A stretch of 64,000 nt of DNA, taken from NCBI GenBank assembly GCA_937952315.1, contig CALFZX010000010.1, forward strand, positions 5,047 to 69,046, read 5' to 3'. A program made the position numbers and the translations under genes. Every line of letters begins with the position of its first letter. Position 1 is the first letter of the stretch. This document shows positions 32,784 through 42,293 of the stretch, one piece after another. The DNA is from an uncultured bacterium. GTDB lineage: Bacteria > Patescibacteriota > Minisyncoccia > CAIUEV01. Below the pieces are notes generated by a model that worked only from the letters and a program-made list of their open reading frames with translations, searched no databases and was not told where the DNA came from.

Positions 32784-33890
32784 ATGGTTAATCTGATCGC
32801 ACTCAAAAGATGGTTTATGACTCAACAGTGGGTGCTTTGGGTGACCGCTGGAATGACGATTATTTTGGGCCTGAGCACGCTTTATAGTCTTTTTTATAAC
32901 TCGCCGGAAATTCGTATTTTTTATCATCAGCTTACTTACATTTTTTTGGGCTTGATTATTGCTTTTGTAATCGGTCATCAGGATTATCGTATTTTTAAGA
33001 AATTAATCGGCTATCTTTTTGCGGTTACCCTCGGTTTTATGGTGTTTGTGCTGATTGGCGGAGTTGAAATTCGCGGAACAACCGGTTGGATCGACTTTAA
33101 ATTTTTCAATTTTCAACCGGTCGAATTAGCCAAGCTAACGACTATCGTTGCTCTTTCTCTTTTTTTCGCCAAATACCACAATCTAGTCTACTCTTTCAAA
33201 GTGTTGTTAGTCTCTTTTCTTATCCCTCTACCTTTTGCGGTTTTGACTTATATGCAACCGGATATGGGCTCCACACTGGCTCTATTGGGCATTTGGCTTG
33301 GTTTTATTCTCGCGTCGAATCTGAGCTTTTATCGAAAAATAGCTATAGTTTTAGTTGGAGTGGCCATTGCTTCTTCCGGTTGGTTTTTCTTTCTGAAAGA
33401 CTACCAAAAGGCGCGTCTCAGCACTTTTTTACATCCGGAAACAGATGCACGCGGAGTGGGCTACAACACTCTTCAATCGATCACGGCTATCGGCTCCGGC
33501 GGTTTTTTGGGTAAAGGACTGGGCTACGGTTCTCAGAGCCAATTGAATTTTCTGCCGGAAGCTCATAGTGACTTTATTTTTGCCGTTTTTGCGGAAGAAG
33601 CCGGCTGGGTCGGTTCTCTGATTTTTCTTTTTATCTCAGGCTTTTTTCTTTTTTCGGTTATTTCTACCGCTTCAATCAGTCGCGACAATTTCGGTTATTT
33701 TTTGTCAATCGGCATTTTTTGGTTTTTTCTCATTCATTTTTTGGTCAATATGGGAATGAATTTGGGTATAATGCCGGTAATCGGGTTGCCCCTACCCTTC
33801 TTGAGCGCCGGCGGGACAAATTTATTTATTTCCTTTACGCTATTGGGGATTTTACAGTCAATTGCCAAATTTGGCATTCGAAAAATTTAA
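32784..33890 (+). CDS. rodA: SEDS peptidoglycan glycosyltransferase RodA/FtsW
   Basis: FQPVELAK, QPDMG, YQKARL, AIGSGG, LPEAHSDFIF and GLPLPFLSAGG motifs. Confidence 0.9.
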   Translation: MVNLIALKRWFMTQQWVLWVTAGMTIILGLSTLYSLFYNSPEIRIFYHQLTYIFLGLIIAFVIGHQDYRIFKKLIGYLFAVTLGFMVFVLIGGVEIRGTTGWIDFKFFNFQPVELAKLTTIVALSLFFAKYHNLVYSFKVLLVSFLIPLPFAVLTYMQPDMGSTLALLGIWLGFILASNLSFYRKIAIVLVGVAIASSGWFFFLKDYQKARLSTFLHPETDARGVGYNTLQSITAIGSGGFLGKGLGYGSQSQLNFLPEAHSDFIFAVFAEEAGWVGSLIFLFISGFFLFSVISTASISRDNFGYFLSIGIFWFFLIHFLVNMGMNLGIMPVIGLPLPFLSAGGTNLFISFTLLGILQSIAKFGIRKI

Positions 33891-33899
33891 ATTTTAGCT

Positions 33900-34613
33900 A
33901 TGTCGGGACACAGCCATTGGTCCGGGATTAAAAGAAAAAAAGCCCTGCTAGATTCAAAAAAGGCCAAAATTTTCACCAGATTGGGTCGCGCCATTGTAGT
34001 CGCCTCACGGTTGGGCGGTTCCAATCCGGATTTTAATCCAGCGTTACGGTTGGCTATTCAGAAAGCCAAAGAAGCAAACATGCCGAAAGATCGGGTGGAT
34101 AATTTGGTCAAAAAGGCAGGCGATCGCGAAAATGCTGAATTGGAAGAAATCGTCTATGAAGCGGTTGGTCCTTTCGGAACGATGTTGATGATTCTGGCTA
34201 TAACGGACAAACGAAATCGGACAGTTAGCGAGCTTCGAAAAATTTTGGAAGATCGAGGGGGAAAGATGGCGGACGGGGGAGTCGGTTGGAATTTCAGACG
34301 CGCCGGTTTTATTGACATGGAAATAGAATTCGAAAAAAAGGAGGAATGGTTGGAAAAAATCATGGAACTGGGTGTTGATGATTTTGAGGAAAGAACAAAA
34401 AATCGGTTAAGATTGTTAGTCGATCTTAATTTTTTGTTTAAAGTCAGAAACTCACTTCCAGAGGATGTAATTGACAATTTCGGCGTCGGCTACTTTCCAA
34501 AAACCCGCATAAAATTGACACCGGAAGAAAAAAAGCTTTACAATGGTCTAATCGAGGAGTTAAAAGAAAATCCGGATATTCAGGAAGTGTTCGATAATGT
34601 AGTCTGGATTTAA
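33900..34613 (+). CDS. yebC: YebC/PmpR family protein
   Basis: MSGHSHWSGIKRKK, NPALRLAI...NMPKD, YEAVGP and TDKRNRT. Confidence 0.95.
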   Translation: MSGHSHWSGIKRKKALLDSKKAKIFTRLGRAIVVASRLGGSNPDFNPALRLAIQKAKEANMPKDRVDNLVKKAGDRENAELEEIVYEAVGPFGTMLMILAITDKRNRTVSELRKILEDRGGKMADGGVGWNFRRAGFIDMEIEFEKKEEWLEKIMELGVDDFEERTKNRLRLLVDLNFLFKVRNSLPEDVIDNFGVGYFPKTRIKLTPEEKKLYNGLIEELKENPDIQEVFDNVVWI

Positions 34614-34633
34614 AAAAACTCGTCGCGGTCGAT

Positions 34634-34753
34634 TTGACATATTATTAAGCTGTGGTATTTGGTAATAGTAAGCTTTATTAAGCGACGATACCACCTAAAA
34701 GAGCAAAAAGAAAAATGATTTTATCGATGTACAAAAGAGAGGAAGGAGGTGAC
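34634..34753 (+). promoter_or_regulatory. Putative sigma70 promoter and strong SD of the HU gene
   Basis: TTGACA at 34634 with a weak TGG-TATTTG -10-like box; AAGGAGGTGA before the ATG. Confidence 0.55.
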
Positions 34754-34758
34754 AGAAA

Positions 34759-35031
34759 ATGAATAAAGAAGAATTGGTTGTTGCCGTGGCTAAAAAAGCC
34801 AGTCTCTCAAAGAAAGACGCCGAAGCCGCTATTAAAGCTGCTTTGGAGACTATCAAAGAGGCCTTGAAAAAAGGCAGTAAAGTAACTTTGACCGGATTCG
34901 GAACCTTCTTGGTGGCTAAAAGAGCTGCTCGAAAAGGTGTCAATCCTCAAACTGGAGCTGAGATTAAAATCCCGGCCCGAACCGTACCCCGATTCAAAGC
35001 CGGCAAAGGCTTGAAAGATGCGGTCAAATAG
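34759..35031 (+). CDS. hup: DNA-binding protein HU
   Basis: MNKEELV...GFGTF...ARKGVNPQTG...PRFKAGKGLKDAV. Confidence 0.98.
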   Translation: MNKEELVVAVAKKASLSKKDAEAAIKAALETIKEALKKGSKVTLTGFGTFLVAKRAARKGVNPQTGAEIKIPARTVPRFKAGKGLKDAVK

Positions 35032-35069
35032 ACCTCATTAACGGATACGAAAGAAATTAAATAAGCAGT

Positions 35070-35100
35070 GAGAGGGGTTTATCCCCTCTCGTTGTTTTTT
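35070..35100 (+). terminator. Intrinsic terminator after HU
   Basis: GAGAGGGG-TTTAT-CCCCTCTC followed by a T-rich tract. Confidence 0.85.
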
Positions 35101-35107
35101 AGACTCA

Positions 35108-36280
35108 ATGATTATGCGTATTGGCATTGATGTTCGCGCTCTTTCGGGCGGAAAAAACACTGGGGTGGAGGAATATATTCGCAGTCTGTTGCCGGAGTTG
35201 TTTGTGTTGGGATCCAATCACCAATTCGTACTTTTTTTTAATAGTTTTAGCGGTCATTGTCCGCCGGAGCTGATCAGTTGGTCTTACTTGCCCAATGTCT
35301 CTCTTGTGAAACGATCTTGGCCCAATAAACTACTTAATGGTCTCTTTTGGTTCTTCGGCCAACCGTCTGTGGAATATTTTACCGGGCCGGTTGATCTGTT
35401 TTTTTTCCCCAACATGAATTTTTTTGCTCTCAAAGATAAAACTCCGTTTATAATAACATTTCACGATCTTTCTTTCGAACATTTTCCTCACTTTTTCAAC
35501 AGAAAAAGAAGAATTTGGCATTTTCTCATCAATCCTAAAAAAAAGGCGTTGGAATCGAAAAAAATAATTACGGTTTCCGCTTTCACCGCTTACGATTTGA
35601 GAAAAACCTACCGTCTTTCGAAGAACAAAATAGAAGCTATCCATTTGGGGTTGGATCAAAAATTTTTTTCAGTTGAGCGACCGGTGACTCAAATAAAGCG
35701 TAAAAAATTGATTAAAAAGTATAAATTACCCAAGAAACCTTTTTTCCTTTTTTTGGGCACTATCGAGCCACGAAAAAATTTAGCCTTTTTAATCAAGGTT
35801 TTCAATTTGTTTAAATTGAAAACCGGAAGTGATCGAGCCTTGGTTATCGCTGGTAGTGTCGGCTGGTCTTCCACTAAAGTTTTCGATGAATATGCTAAAT
35901 CACCCTTTAAAAAAGATATTTTTTTCATCGGTTCAGTCGAGGAGGCGGATCGCCCTAATCTTTATGCTTTAGCGGAAATTTTCCTTTTCCCCTCTCTTTT
36001 CGAAGGCTTTGGTTTGCCACCGTTAGAAGCGATGGCCACCGGTGTTCCCGTGCTTGCATCCGCATCTTCTTCCATGATAGAAATACTGGGGGATAAAGCT
36101 TTACTTTCGAACCCTTATGATGTGGCCGAATTCACGCGAGCGCTGGAAAAAATGTTGGAAGATCCCCTTTTTAGAGCCAACCTTTCCGTTGAAGGGAAAA
36201 AATATACCCAGAAATTTACTTGGCGAAAAACGGCGGAAAAAACTTTGGAAGTCTTCGATTCAATCGAAAAAATGAGCTAA
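35108..36280 (+). CDS. GT4 family glycosyltransferase
   Basis: TGVEEY, TFHDL, LGTIEPRKN and PSLFEGFGLPPLEAM motifs. Confidence 0.95.
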   Translation: MIMRIGIDVRALSGGKNTGVEEYIRSLLPELFVLGSNHQFVLFFNSFSGHCPPELISWSYLPNVSLVKRSWPNKLLNGLFWFFGQPSVEYFTGPVDLFFFPNMNFFALKDKTPFIITFHDLSFEHFPHFFNRKRRIWHFLINPKKKALESKKIITVSAFTAYDLRKTYRLSKNKIEAIHLGLDQKFFSVERPVTQIKRKKLIKKYKLPKKPFFLFLGTIEPRKNLAFLIKVFNLFKLKTGSDRALVIAGSVGWSSTKVFDEYAKSPFKKDIFFIGSVEEADRPNLYALAEIFLFPSLFEGFGLPPLEAMATGVPVLASASSSMIEILGDKALLSNPYDVAEFTRALEKMLEDPLFRANLSVEGKKYTQKFTWRKTAEKTLEVFDSIEKMS

Positions 36281-36286
36281 AATGAC

Positions 36287-36312
36287 GAAAACTTTTAAAC
36301 TACTCAATCGTT
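36287..36312 (+). promoter_or_regulatory. ECF-type promoter upstream of the sigma gene
   Basis: GAAAAC-TTTT...(16-nt spacer)-CGTT. Confidence 0.7.
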
Positions 36313-36349
36313 TCAAATGATAAGTAAAATAAAAAAATAATTTTCAATC

Positions 36350-36931
36350 TTGAGTTTATCAGTTAACTGCGAAGGAAAAACCGATTCGGAGGTGGTGGAA
36401 CTGGCAAAAAAGAACCCGGATTATTTGGCGTGCCTGATGGAACGATACGAAGAGAAACTTTTTTACTATGTTCGACGAATTTCTTTCTTCTCCAAAGAAG
36501 ATATCGAAGATATTCTTCAGGAAGTTTTCATTAAGGTATATAAAAATTTGAACGACTACGAAGACTCCCTCAAGTTTTCCAGCTGGATTTATCGTATTAC
36601 CCATAATCATACTGTTGATGAAATTCGTAAAAGAGGGGGCAAAAAAACGACTATTTCTCTAGATAAGGACGATCTTTTTAAGTTCATTAAATCGAGTGCT
36701 AATCTGGAGAAAGAAGTCGCAGTTAGAGAAAAAATGCGCGCGGTACGAAAGACTATAGATAAGATGCCGTTGAAATACCGAGAACCCATGGTTCTAAGAT
36801 TTTTGGAAGAAAAAAGCTACGAAGAAATTATGGATATTCTAAAAAAACCGAAAGGAACGGTAGCCACACTTATTAAAAGAGGCAAAAAAATGCTTTTATC
36901 TCAATTTGATAGAAGAATTCTTAGTCTTTAA
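36350..36931 (+). CDS. ECF RNA polymerase sigma factor
   Basis: EDILQEVFIKVY, FSSWIYRITHN and region 4 SYEEI...GTVATLIKRG; TTG start. Confidence 0.95.
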   Translation: MSLSVNCEGKTDSEVVELAKKNPDYLACLMERYEEKLFYYVRRISFFSKEDIEDILQEVFIKVYKNLNDYEDSLKFSSWIYRITHNHTVDEIRKRGGKKTTISLDKDDLFKFIKSSANLEKEVAVREKMRAVRKTIDKMPLKYREPMVLRFLEEKSYEEIMDILKKPKGTVATLIKRGKKMLLSQFDRRILSL

Positions 36932-36946
36932 TTTTTTTCATAAACC

Positions 36947-37690
36947 ATGAAGAAGCAAGTAATCGAGGAAACTCTCAAGAAAATTAAACGGGAAAAAATA
37001 GAGCCGACTCCCAAATGGCAATTTGAATTGAAGAATTTTTCAGTTTGGGCGATCGTAGCGATTTTAATTGTCTCGGGCGGAGTGGCTTCGGGGCTTTTGA
37101 TTTATTTTTCTTTAGGTATGAGCCAAGAATTTTTCAGTTTGGGTGAAGGCCGACGCTGGATTTTTCTTTGGCATTTTTTTCCTCGTTTTTGGTTACTGAT
37201 TCTTTCAATTTTCTTTTTTTTGGCTTTCTTGGTCTTTCGCCAAACCAAACATGGCTATCGTTACGGTACTTGGTTGATTTCAGCCGGATTAATTTCTCTG
37301 GTGATTTTCATAGGCAGTGCACTTTATTTTTCTAACAAAAGCGAATGGACCCACGAATGTTTTTGTAATAGCGTTCCCTACTATAAGGAGCTCTCTTTCG
37401 ACAGAGAGAAAGTTTGGAGCCGTCCGGACATCGGTTTTTTGGGAGGCAAGGTGTTAACAGTGGAAGAAAATAATTTAAATTTAGAAGATTTGGTCGGGAC
37501 TGTTTGGTATGTAAAACTTGACGACGGGGTGTATATCAGTCGAAGAATCAATTTAATGCCGGAAATGATGATTAAAATAATGGGAGTCAAGGAAGCGGAA
37601 AACATTTTTCGGGCGGAGGAAATTAAACCTTGGAGCGGGCGAGGAAAGAGAAAGAGTCCGTCAACAATTTGTCCGCAAATTTCCTTTTGA
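36947..37690 (+). CDS. Membrane protein, probable anti-sigma factor
   Basis: Directly after the ECF sigma gene; short cytoplasmic N-terminus, 3 TM helices and an OB-like extracellular C-terminal domain. Confidence 0.65.
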   Translation: MKKQVIEETLKKIKREKIEPTPKWQFELKNFSVWAIVAILIVSGGVASGLLIYFSLGMSQEFFSLGEGRRWIFLWHFFPRFWLLILSIFFFLAFLVFRQTKHGYRYGTWLISAGLISLVIFIGSALYFSNKSEWTHECFCNSVPYYKELSFDREKVWSRPDIGFLGGKVLTVEENNLNLEDLVGTVWYVKLDDGVYISRRINLMPEMMIKIMGVKEAENIFRAEEIKPWSGRGKRKSPSTICPQISF

Positions 37691-37713
37691 AACTTTTTTT
37701 CCCTTCGTTCGTT
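37688..37713 (+). promoter_or_regulatory. ECF-type promoter upstream of the secreted protein
   Basis: TGAAAC-TTTT...(16-nt spacer)-CGTT, the same spacing as the copy at 36287. Confidence 0.75.
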
Positions 37714-37762
37714 ATAGGTTAGTGCGTACGCAACTGTTCACTAATAAACCTAATTTAAAAAG

Positions 37763-38197
37763 ATGAAAAAGTATAATCGTAATCTAAATAGTTATCTTCT
37801 GGCCGGCGCTCTTTGCACTGCCGGAGTCGCCTCGGCGGCCATGATCGCCATCCCTACTTTCGCTTATCGTGGAGACGCTTCCCAAACAGGACCGAATTAC
37901 ACTCCGGAGCGACACGAAGCGATGGAGAAAGCTTTCGAAAATAAGGACTATGCAGCTTGGAAAAACCTTATGGCGGGCAAGGGCAGAGTAACGGAAGTCA
38001 TTAATCAAGATAATTTTGCCAAATTTGCCGAAATGCACAAGTTAAGAAAAGAGGGAAAGATTGACGAAGCTAACAAAATTCGCGCCGAACTCGGTTTAGG
38101 CCAAGGCCGAATGGGCAAAGCTGACGGGCAAAAGGGCAAGGGCATGGGCAAAGGTATGCGCAACTGCGACTGCCAAACCCAAACCGCTACTCAATAG
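37763..38197 (+). CDS. Secreted helical protein with G/K/M-rich tail
   Basis: Signal peptide ending TFA; RHEAMEKAFENKDYAAWK core; GKGMGKGMR tail. Confidence 0.85.
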   Translation: MKKYNRNLNSYLLAGALCTAGVASAAMIAIPTFAYRGDASQTGPNYTPERHEAMEKAFENKDYAAWKNLMAGKGRVTEVINQDNFAKFAEMHKLRKEGKIDEANKIRAELGLGQGRMGKADGQKGKGMGKGMRNCDCQTQTATQ

Positions 38198-38226
38198 TTA
38201 GTTTGCCGAAATTTTTAATAACCAAC

Positions 38227-38251
38227 GAGAGGTGCTTAGGCACCTCTTTTT
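38227..38251 (+). terminator. Intrinsic terminator closing the ECF module
   Basis: AGAGGTGC-TTAG-GCACCTCT-TTTT. Confidence 0.85.
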
Positions 38252-38345
38252 GGTATATCTCCGTCTGGACAATAACCTTTAATAAAGATATATTGATTCC
38301 CAATCCATGCTCCTTGCCAAAATATTTTATCGATAGGAGAAAAAA

Positions 38346-38621
38346 ATGGTTCCGACTGTCGCCGATATGGAAAGAAGCGCCAGATATCATCTGCTTGCTT
38401 CAGTTTTCTCAGTCATCGTTTTCCCAATTTTGTTAATCGGCTCAGTTGTTATTTTCAGCTTGAGTTGGATTAGCCCGACGGTTTTTTGGTGTGCTCGGTT
38501 AGCAATGGCCGTCTTGGCGACGGGTATTGCCTTTGCCTATTTCAAAGCGGGCAATAAGTCGAAAGTTCCTCGTTGGTCGGTTGTCTCTTTGGTCATAGTT
38601 GCAACTCTTGTCATAAAATAA
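38346..38621 (+). CDS. Small hypothetical membrane protein (91 aa, about 3 TM)
   Basis: AGGAG SD, TGGACA-17 nt-TATATT promoter, hydrophobic segments. Confidence 0.7.
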   Translation: MVPTVADMERSARYHLLASVFSVIVFPILLIGSVVIFSLSWISPTVFWCARLAMAVLATGIAFAYFKAGNKSKVPRWSVVSLVIVATLVIK

Positions 38622-38649
38622 AAAAAACATTATTCTGTAAATGCACATC

Positions 38650-38709
38650 AGCACCTTCCAAAAAATTTAACAAGCACATTCCAACAAAACAACTCAACCA
38701 GCACATTCC
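38650..38709 (+). repeat. Three AGCAC(A/C)TTCC direct repeats in a G-poor tract
   Basis: Copies start at 38650, 38673 and 38700. Confidence 0.75.
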
Positions 38710-38748
38710 CTCAACCCAGACCCTTTCTCAATCCCTCATCACAACCCC

Positions 38749-38784
38749 AACCCCTCGCCGCGCGCCAGGGGTTTTTCTTTTTTT
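38749..38784 (+). terminator. Intrinsic terminator
   Basis: AACCCCT...AGGGGTT followed by TTTCTTTTTTT. Confidence 0.75.
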
Positions 38785-38817
38785 GGAGTCTTTATTTCTG
38801 ATCAATCTCCAAATCTA

Positions 38818-38857
38818 CCTGCCTGCCGCCTGCCTGCCGGTAGGCAGGGTAAGCAGG
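38818..38857. repeat. Nested 20-bp palindromic element CCTGCCTGCCGGTAGGCAGG
   Basis: An intact copy at 38829-38848 sits inside a second copy split as CCTGCCTGCCG / GTAAGCAGG. Confidence 0.8.
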
Positions 38858-38972
38858 TATTTAGGTTAAGCCCTCTCTTCCCCCATTTTTTGTTTGGGAG
38901 TAGAGTGAGAGTGAAATGCAAAACAAGAGTGATTGTTAGCTTTATCTTCTAAAAACTTTTTAGGAATAAAAG

Positions 38973-41900
38973 ATGAAAAATTTCATTACCAACAGTGGGG
39001 CGGATAATCTTAAAGATCGCTTGCTGGAACTAATAAAAAGCAGCGAGGAGTTAAAATTTTTGGTTGGATTCTTCTATTTCTCTGGGATTAGAGAGCTTTA
39101 CGAAGGATTAAAAAAGAAGCCAGATACCGTCATTAAAGTTCTTGTTGGCCTAAATGTTGATCAATCCAATTTTGGCTTAATTGAATTTTCAGAGAAAGAA
39201 CAGTTATCTGATGAGGAAAAAACTTATAAATTCTTTGAATCGATAAAAAAATCTTTAAACAACGAAAGTCTTGATAACCAAGAATTTTATGAACAGGTAA
39301 GATTTTTTATTAAGCTTATTCAAAAAGACAAATTAATTATCCGTAAAACTTTTAAGCCTAATCACTCCAAACTTTATCTTTTTAAGTTGGATGAAAGTCA
39401 AGTAGGTCAAAGAAATTTATTTATTACAGGATCGAGTAATTTAACTAGTGCCGGTCTTTCTACCCAAAATGAATTCAATGTAGAAATAGGCGATTATGGT
39501 TTTGGGGATGCCGAGCAGTATTTTGAAGATCTTTGGCAAGAAGCAGTGAAGATTACCGAATTTGATGATCTTAAAAAGAAACTCGTTCAAGTTATTGAAG
39601 CAGAAACATTAGTAAAAGATATTTCACCATTTGAAGCTTTTTGTTTAGTTTTAAAAACATATCTTGATTCGTTCGAGCAAAAAGAAATTAGCGATTCTTT
39701 GATTAAAATTCTAGAAAAAAATAATTATAAGCCGTATCAATATCAGCTAGATGCGGTTAGGCAAGCATTGGCCATAATAGAAAAAAATAACGGAGTTATT
39801 GTAGCTGATGTAGTCGGTTTGGGAAAAACAATTATTGCCTGTGCCATAGCGAAACAGCTGAAAAAACGCGGGCTGATTGTTTGTCCCCCGGGTCTTATAG
39901 GTGATAGTAACAAAAATTCTGGCTGGAAAAAATATACGGAAGAATTTAGCCTTTATGATTGGGAAGTTCGTTCATCGGGTGATCTGGGGAAAATATTGGA
40001 GTTCGTTAAAAAGGCTACGGACATTGAAGTTATAATAGTTGATGAAGCTCACAGTTTTAGGAATCAAGACACGAAAAACTATGAGCTTCTGAAAAATATT
40101 TGTCGTGGAAAACAAGTGATTTTATTGACTGCCACCCCTTTTAACAACCGTCCAGCGGATATTTTAGCTCTTTTAAAACTTTTTATAACTCCTAAAAAAT
40201 CCTCGATTACATTAGAAAACAATTTGGTTGATCAATTCAAGGGTTTCAAAGGTATGTTTGAGAAGCTTGGGCATATTAGTAAATATTGGAGTTCCACTGA
40301 CGAATCTAAAAGAAATCAAGCTATAAATTATTATAAAGCATTATTCGAAGAAGAAACCGTTGATTTGAAAAAAGTCGCCGTAAGAGCCCGCTATCTTTCT
40401 AAGCAAATTAGAAATGTTATTGAGCCGGTAACAATAAGGCGTAATCGACTTGATTTGCAGAATAATCCTTATTACAAAAATGAAGTCAAAAATCTTGCAA
40501 AAGTGGAAGATCCCATAGAGTGGCCTTTCTATTTAACAGTTGAACAGTCCAGATTTTATGATGAAGTCATAAAAAATTATTTTGGCGAGCCAGAGGAGGG
40601 GGGAAGGTTTAAAGGCTCAATTTACAGACCCTTTGAATACGAAAAAGTTGTTGAGGACAAGATGGGTAAAGATGATAATCGTCAATTTATTCAGCAAAGA
40701 AATTTGTTTGACTTCATGAGACGATTGATCGTGAAACGATTTGAAAGTTCTTTTGGGTCATTTGCGCAAAGCATCAAAAACTTCAAGAAAATTACGGAAA
40801 GTAGTCGAGATTTTATTAAAAAAACCGGAGAGTATATTCTAGATAGAGCACTTTTGGAAAAAATCTATGAATTAGAGGCTGAAGATATTGAAAAATATCT
40901 CTTAGAGTATGAGGAAAAAATAAAAAAAGGTGAATACCCCAAAAACCACAAACGATATAAATTAAGTGCATTTAAGCACAAAAATGCTTTTCTTCGGGAC
41001 ATTGATTCGGATCTAAAATTGTTTGACGAAATATTATCAGAGCTAAACAGAATGAGTCTTATTAAAAATGATCCGAAAACCGCTTGCTTGTTGAAGCACC
41101 TGAAAGAAGAATTAAACAAAAAGCCACAAAAGGATGAGCCAAAAAGAAAAATTATTATTTTTTCTGAATATATTGATACTGTTAAGTATCTTGAAAAAGC
41201 ATTAGAGAAAACATTTGAAGACAGAATTTTAGTAGTAGACGGTGGCTTGTCAGTAGCAAAAATCAATCAAATCAACAAAAATTTTGACGCCTCATACAAT
41301 AGTAAAGAAAATAATTTTGATATTTTATTGACATCCGACAAAATTTCAGAGGGTTTTAACTTGAACAGAGCGGGAATGGTCATTAATTATGACATTCCAT
41401 GGAATCCGGTTCGGGTTATTCAGCGGCTTGGTCGTATCAATCGTATTAGTAAAAAAGTTTTTAATGAGCTTTATATTGTAAACTTCTTTCCGACTGAACA
41501 AGGTGCGACACTGGTTCAATCGCGTGAAATTGCTGCCAACAAAATGTTTTTAATCCACAATACTTTGGGCGAGGATTCAAAAATTTTTAATATCGACGAA
41601 GAACCAACCCCCGCAGGACTTTTTAACCGAATTCAACGAAATCCAGATCAGCAAGAAAAAGAAGGATTTTACACTAAAGCGTTAAACCACTATTTAAAAA
41701 TAAAGAAAGATAATCCGGAGTTGATTGCTGGCTTGAAGAAATATCCTCCAAGAATCAAGGTAGCAAAAATTTACACAGAAAATGAGCTTTTGGTTTTTTT
41801 CAAAAAGGGGAGACTCTATGTCAGTGGAGCAAAAACCGACACGGAAAAGATTGAAATATTTCAAGCAAGCCTTGAAGATGTCTTTGAAAAAATTGTTTGC

Positions 41901-42293
41901 CAATCGAACGAAAAAGCACAAAACTGGAACACAGATCAATTTTGGAAAGCATACGATTCTATCCAAACATACAAAAACTTTCGTTTAGGTTCCGTTAGCG
42001 AACAAAGTCTTGAGTCAAAAGCTCTTAATAGCCTCGATTCTCTTATTTTAAGCAACACAGAAAGTCTTATCCCCCACAAGGATTTTCTGAGAATGTTGAA
42101 AGAAGATATTTTATCATACGGTACATTGGCCGATTATACTTTGCGTCGAATTATCGGATTGAAAGAAAACTCTGTCAAAGAAATTAGGGCATTAAAAAAA
42201 GAATTAGGAGAGGACTATCTAGCCAAAGAAAAGGATCGCCAGAAAGAGCAGAAAAAAGAAGTTATTATCGCTATTAATAATCTTAAAAAATGA
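38973..42293 (+). CDS. PLD-family nuclease fused to an SNF2-like SF2 helicase
   Basis: HSKLY...GSSN...NE PLD motif; ADVVGLGKT, DEAH, TATP, IFSEYIDT, SEGFNL and YDIPWNP...QRLGRINR. Confidence 0.92.
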   Translation: MKNFITNSGADNLKDRLLELIKSSEELKFLVGFFYFSGIRELYEGLKKKPDTVIKVLVGLNVDQSNFGLIEFSEKEQLSDEEKTYKFFESIKKSLNNESLDNQEFYEQVRFFIKLIQKDKLIIRKTFKPNHSKLYLFKLDESQVGQRNLFITGSSNLTSAGLSTQNEFNVEIGDYGFGDAEQYFEDLWQEAVKITEFDDLKKKLVQVIEAETLVKDISPFEAFCLVLKTYLDSFEQKEISDSLIKILEKNNYKPYQYQLDAVRQALAIIEKNNGVIVADVVGLGKTIIACAIAKQLKKRGLIVCPPGLIGDSNKNSGWKKYTEEFSLYDWEVRSSGDLGKILEFVKKATDIEVIIVDEAHSFRNQDTKNYELLKNICRGKQVILLTATPFNNRPADILALLKLFITPKKSSITLENNLVDQFKGFKGMFEKLGHISKYWSSTDESKRNQAINYYKALFEEETVDLKKVAVRARYLSKQIRNVIEPVTIRRNRLDLQNNPYYKNEVKNLAKVEDPIEWPFYLTVEQSRFYDEVIKNYFGEPEEGGRFKGSIYRPFEYEKVVEDKMGKDDNRQFIQQRNLFDFMRRLIVKRFESSFGSFAQSIKNFKKITESSRDFIKKTGEYILDRALLEKIYELEAEDIEKYLLEYEEKIKKGEYPKNHKRYKLSAFKHKNAFLRDIDSDLKLFDEILSELNRMSLIKNDPKTACLLKHLKEELNKKPQKDEPKRKIIIFSEYIDTVKYLEKALEKTFEDRILVVDGGLSVAKINQINKNFDASYNSKENNFDILLTSDKISEGFNLNRAGMVINYDIPWNPVRVIQRLGRINRISKKVFNELYIVNFFPTEQGATLVQSREIAANKMFLIHNTLGEDSKIFNIDEEPTPAGLFNRIQRNPDQQEKEGFYTKALNHYLKIKKDNPELIAGLKKYPPRIKVAKIYTENELLVFFKKGRLYVSGAKTDTEKIEIFQASLEDVFEKIVCQSNEKAQNWNTDQFWKAYDSIQTYKNFRLGSVSEQSLESKALNSLDSLILSNTESLIPHKDFLRMLKEDILSYGTLADYTLRRIIGLKENSVKEIRALKKELGEDYLAKEKDRQKEQKKEVIIAINNLKK

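Noticed and set aside
38641-38760. Possible CRISPR array
   Set aside because: Repeats are only 10 bp with 13-17 nt spacers and three copies, and there are no cas genes in the window.
38573-38869. 98-aa ORF on the + strand
   Set aside because: It runs through the C/A-rich repeats, a terminator and the palindromic element (the LPAACLPVGR stretch is just that repeat translated) and has no credible start.
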